Notes under the pieces: generated by a model
Told to the model about the DNA's origin: nothing
The model's database searches: none
Seen by the model: the letters and a program-made list of their open reading frames with translations, nothing else
Made by a program: the position numbers and the translations under genes
In this document: positions 63,649 to 64,000 of the stretch, piece after piece
Position numbering within the stretch: the stretch's first letter is position 1
Layout of the letters: every line of letters begins with the position of its first letter
Assembly (NCBI GenBank): GCA_947625245.1
Contig: CANQNO010000003.1
Coordinates: 1,915 to 65,914, forward strand
Direction: 5' to 3'
DNA: 64,000 nucleotides
DNA from: an uncultured Clostridia bacterium
Lineage (GTDB): Bacteria > Bacillota > Clostridia > Christensenellales > Borkfalkiaceae

Positions 63649-64000
63649 GGGGTTGAAAAAAGCGGGAGACATCCCGCTTTTAATTTGTGTTTTTGCAATG
63701 GCATGTTTCGGCTGCCTGATGATTTACTCTGCAAGCGCATATACTGCGGAAGTGCAATACGGCGACAGCCTGTATTTTGTAAAAAAGCAGGTTTTGGGAC
63801 TTGCCCTCGGTACGGCGGCAATGGCGGGAACATGCTTTTTACCATATAAAAAACTCGAAAAAATAAAAATTCCCGCCGTAATTCTTTCCGCCGTGCTTCT
63901 GGTTCTTGTTTTTGTTCCGGGGATAGGGGTTACCAATTACGGCGCAACGCGCTGGATAGGCTTCGGCGGGCTGACTTTGCAGCCTTCCGAAATTGCAAAA
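63635..64000 (+). CDS. ftsW: SEDS-family peptidoglycan polymerase FtsW/SpoVE (3' end outside window)
   Basis: Hand-translated; not in the ORF track because there is no stop in the window. MIRREGLKKAGDIPLLICVF...TRWIGFGGLTLQPSEIAK, open to the window end. The ATG overlaps the murD stop. Confidence 0.8.
   Translation, partial: MIRREGLKKAGDIPLLICVFAMACFGCLMIYSASAYTAEVQYGDSLYFVKKQVLGLALGTAAMAGTCFLPYKKLEKIKIPAVILSAVLLVLVFVPGIGVTNYGATRWIGFGGLTLQPSEIAK

Noticed and set aside
1-64000. CRISPR arrays, IS elements or transposases, integrases, prophage genes, rRNA, tmRNA, RNase P or SRP RNAs.
   Set aside because: No spaced direct repeats, no transposase or recombinase motifs in any ORF, and no intergenic region long or structured enough. 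This rests on visual inspection only.

Overview
This 64-kb window reads like the chromosome of a spore-forming Bacillota (Clostridia-type) organism. The calls rest on motifs and gene order read by eye, with no database search. It is about 90% coding and almost entirely on the + strand. Only five small units are on the - strand.

Gene content in order:
- Two ABC exporter genes, the first cut by the window edge.
- An uninterrupted pro-sigma-K gene, then tyrS, yigZ, recX, birA (no HTH), nnr and a CaCA cation antiporter.
- A solitary mazF, then lspA-rluD, der-plsY and two small - strand hypothetical proteins.
- A TM1266-like ACT protein followed by a NitT/TauT-type ABC importer, then mscL.
- A purE-C-F-M-N-H-D-L block, then nrdR and ispG.
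- A 510-aa PolC-N-terminus/OB plus DEDDh exonuclease gene, sitting where polC normally lies.
- The rimP-nusA-ylxR-ylxQ-infB-rbfA-nrnA-truB-ribF superoperon.
- An endonuclease-IV-like TIM-barrel gene, an M24 peptidase, efp and dtd.
- A DUF5662-like gene and a convergent ferritin-like di-iron protein.
- A flippase-like (MprF TM) gene with a GT8 glycosyltransferase, a flavodiiron protein and luxS.
- tRNA-Arg(CCU), followed by a low-GC Type II R-M pair.
- A membrane protein, bioY, rpsT and murI.
- The start of the dcw cluster: mraZ-rsmH-ftsL-like-PBP-murE-mraY-murD-ftsW (partial).

Most of the window is ordinary core genome. The items most worth a second look:
- the polymerase-less PolC-like exonuclease in the polC slot;
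- the tRNA-flanked R-M islet;
- the antitoxin-less mazF;
- the structured leader and unusual context of the TM1266-like/ABC operon;
- a 21-bp perfect hairpin ahead of the antiporter;
- an uncharacterised 417-aa di-iron protein.

No CRISPR array, transposase, integrase, rRNA or recognisable riboswitch was seen.
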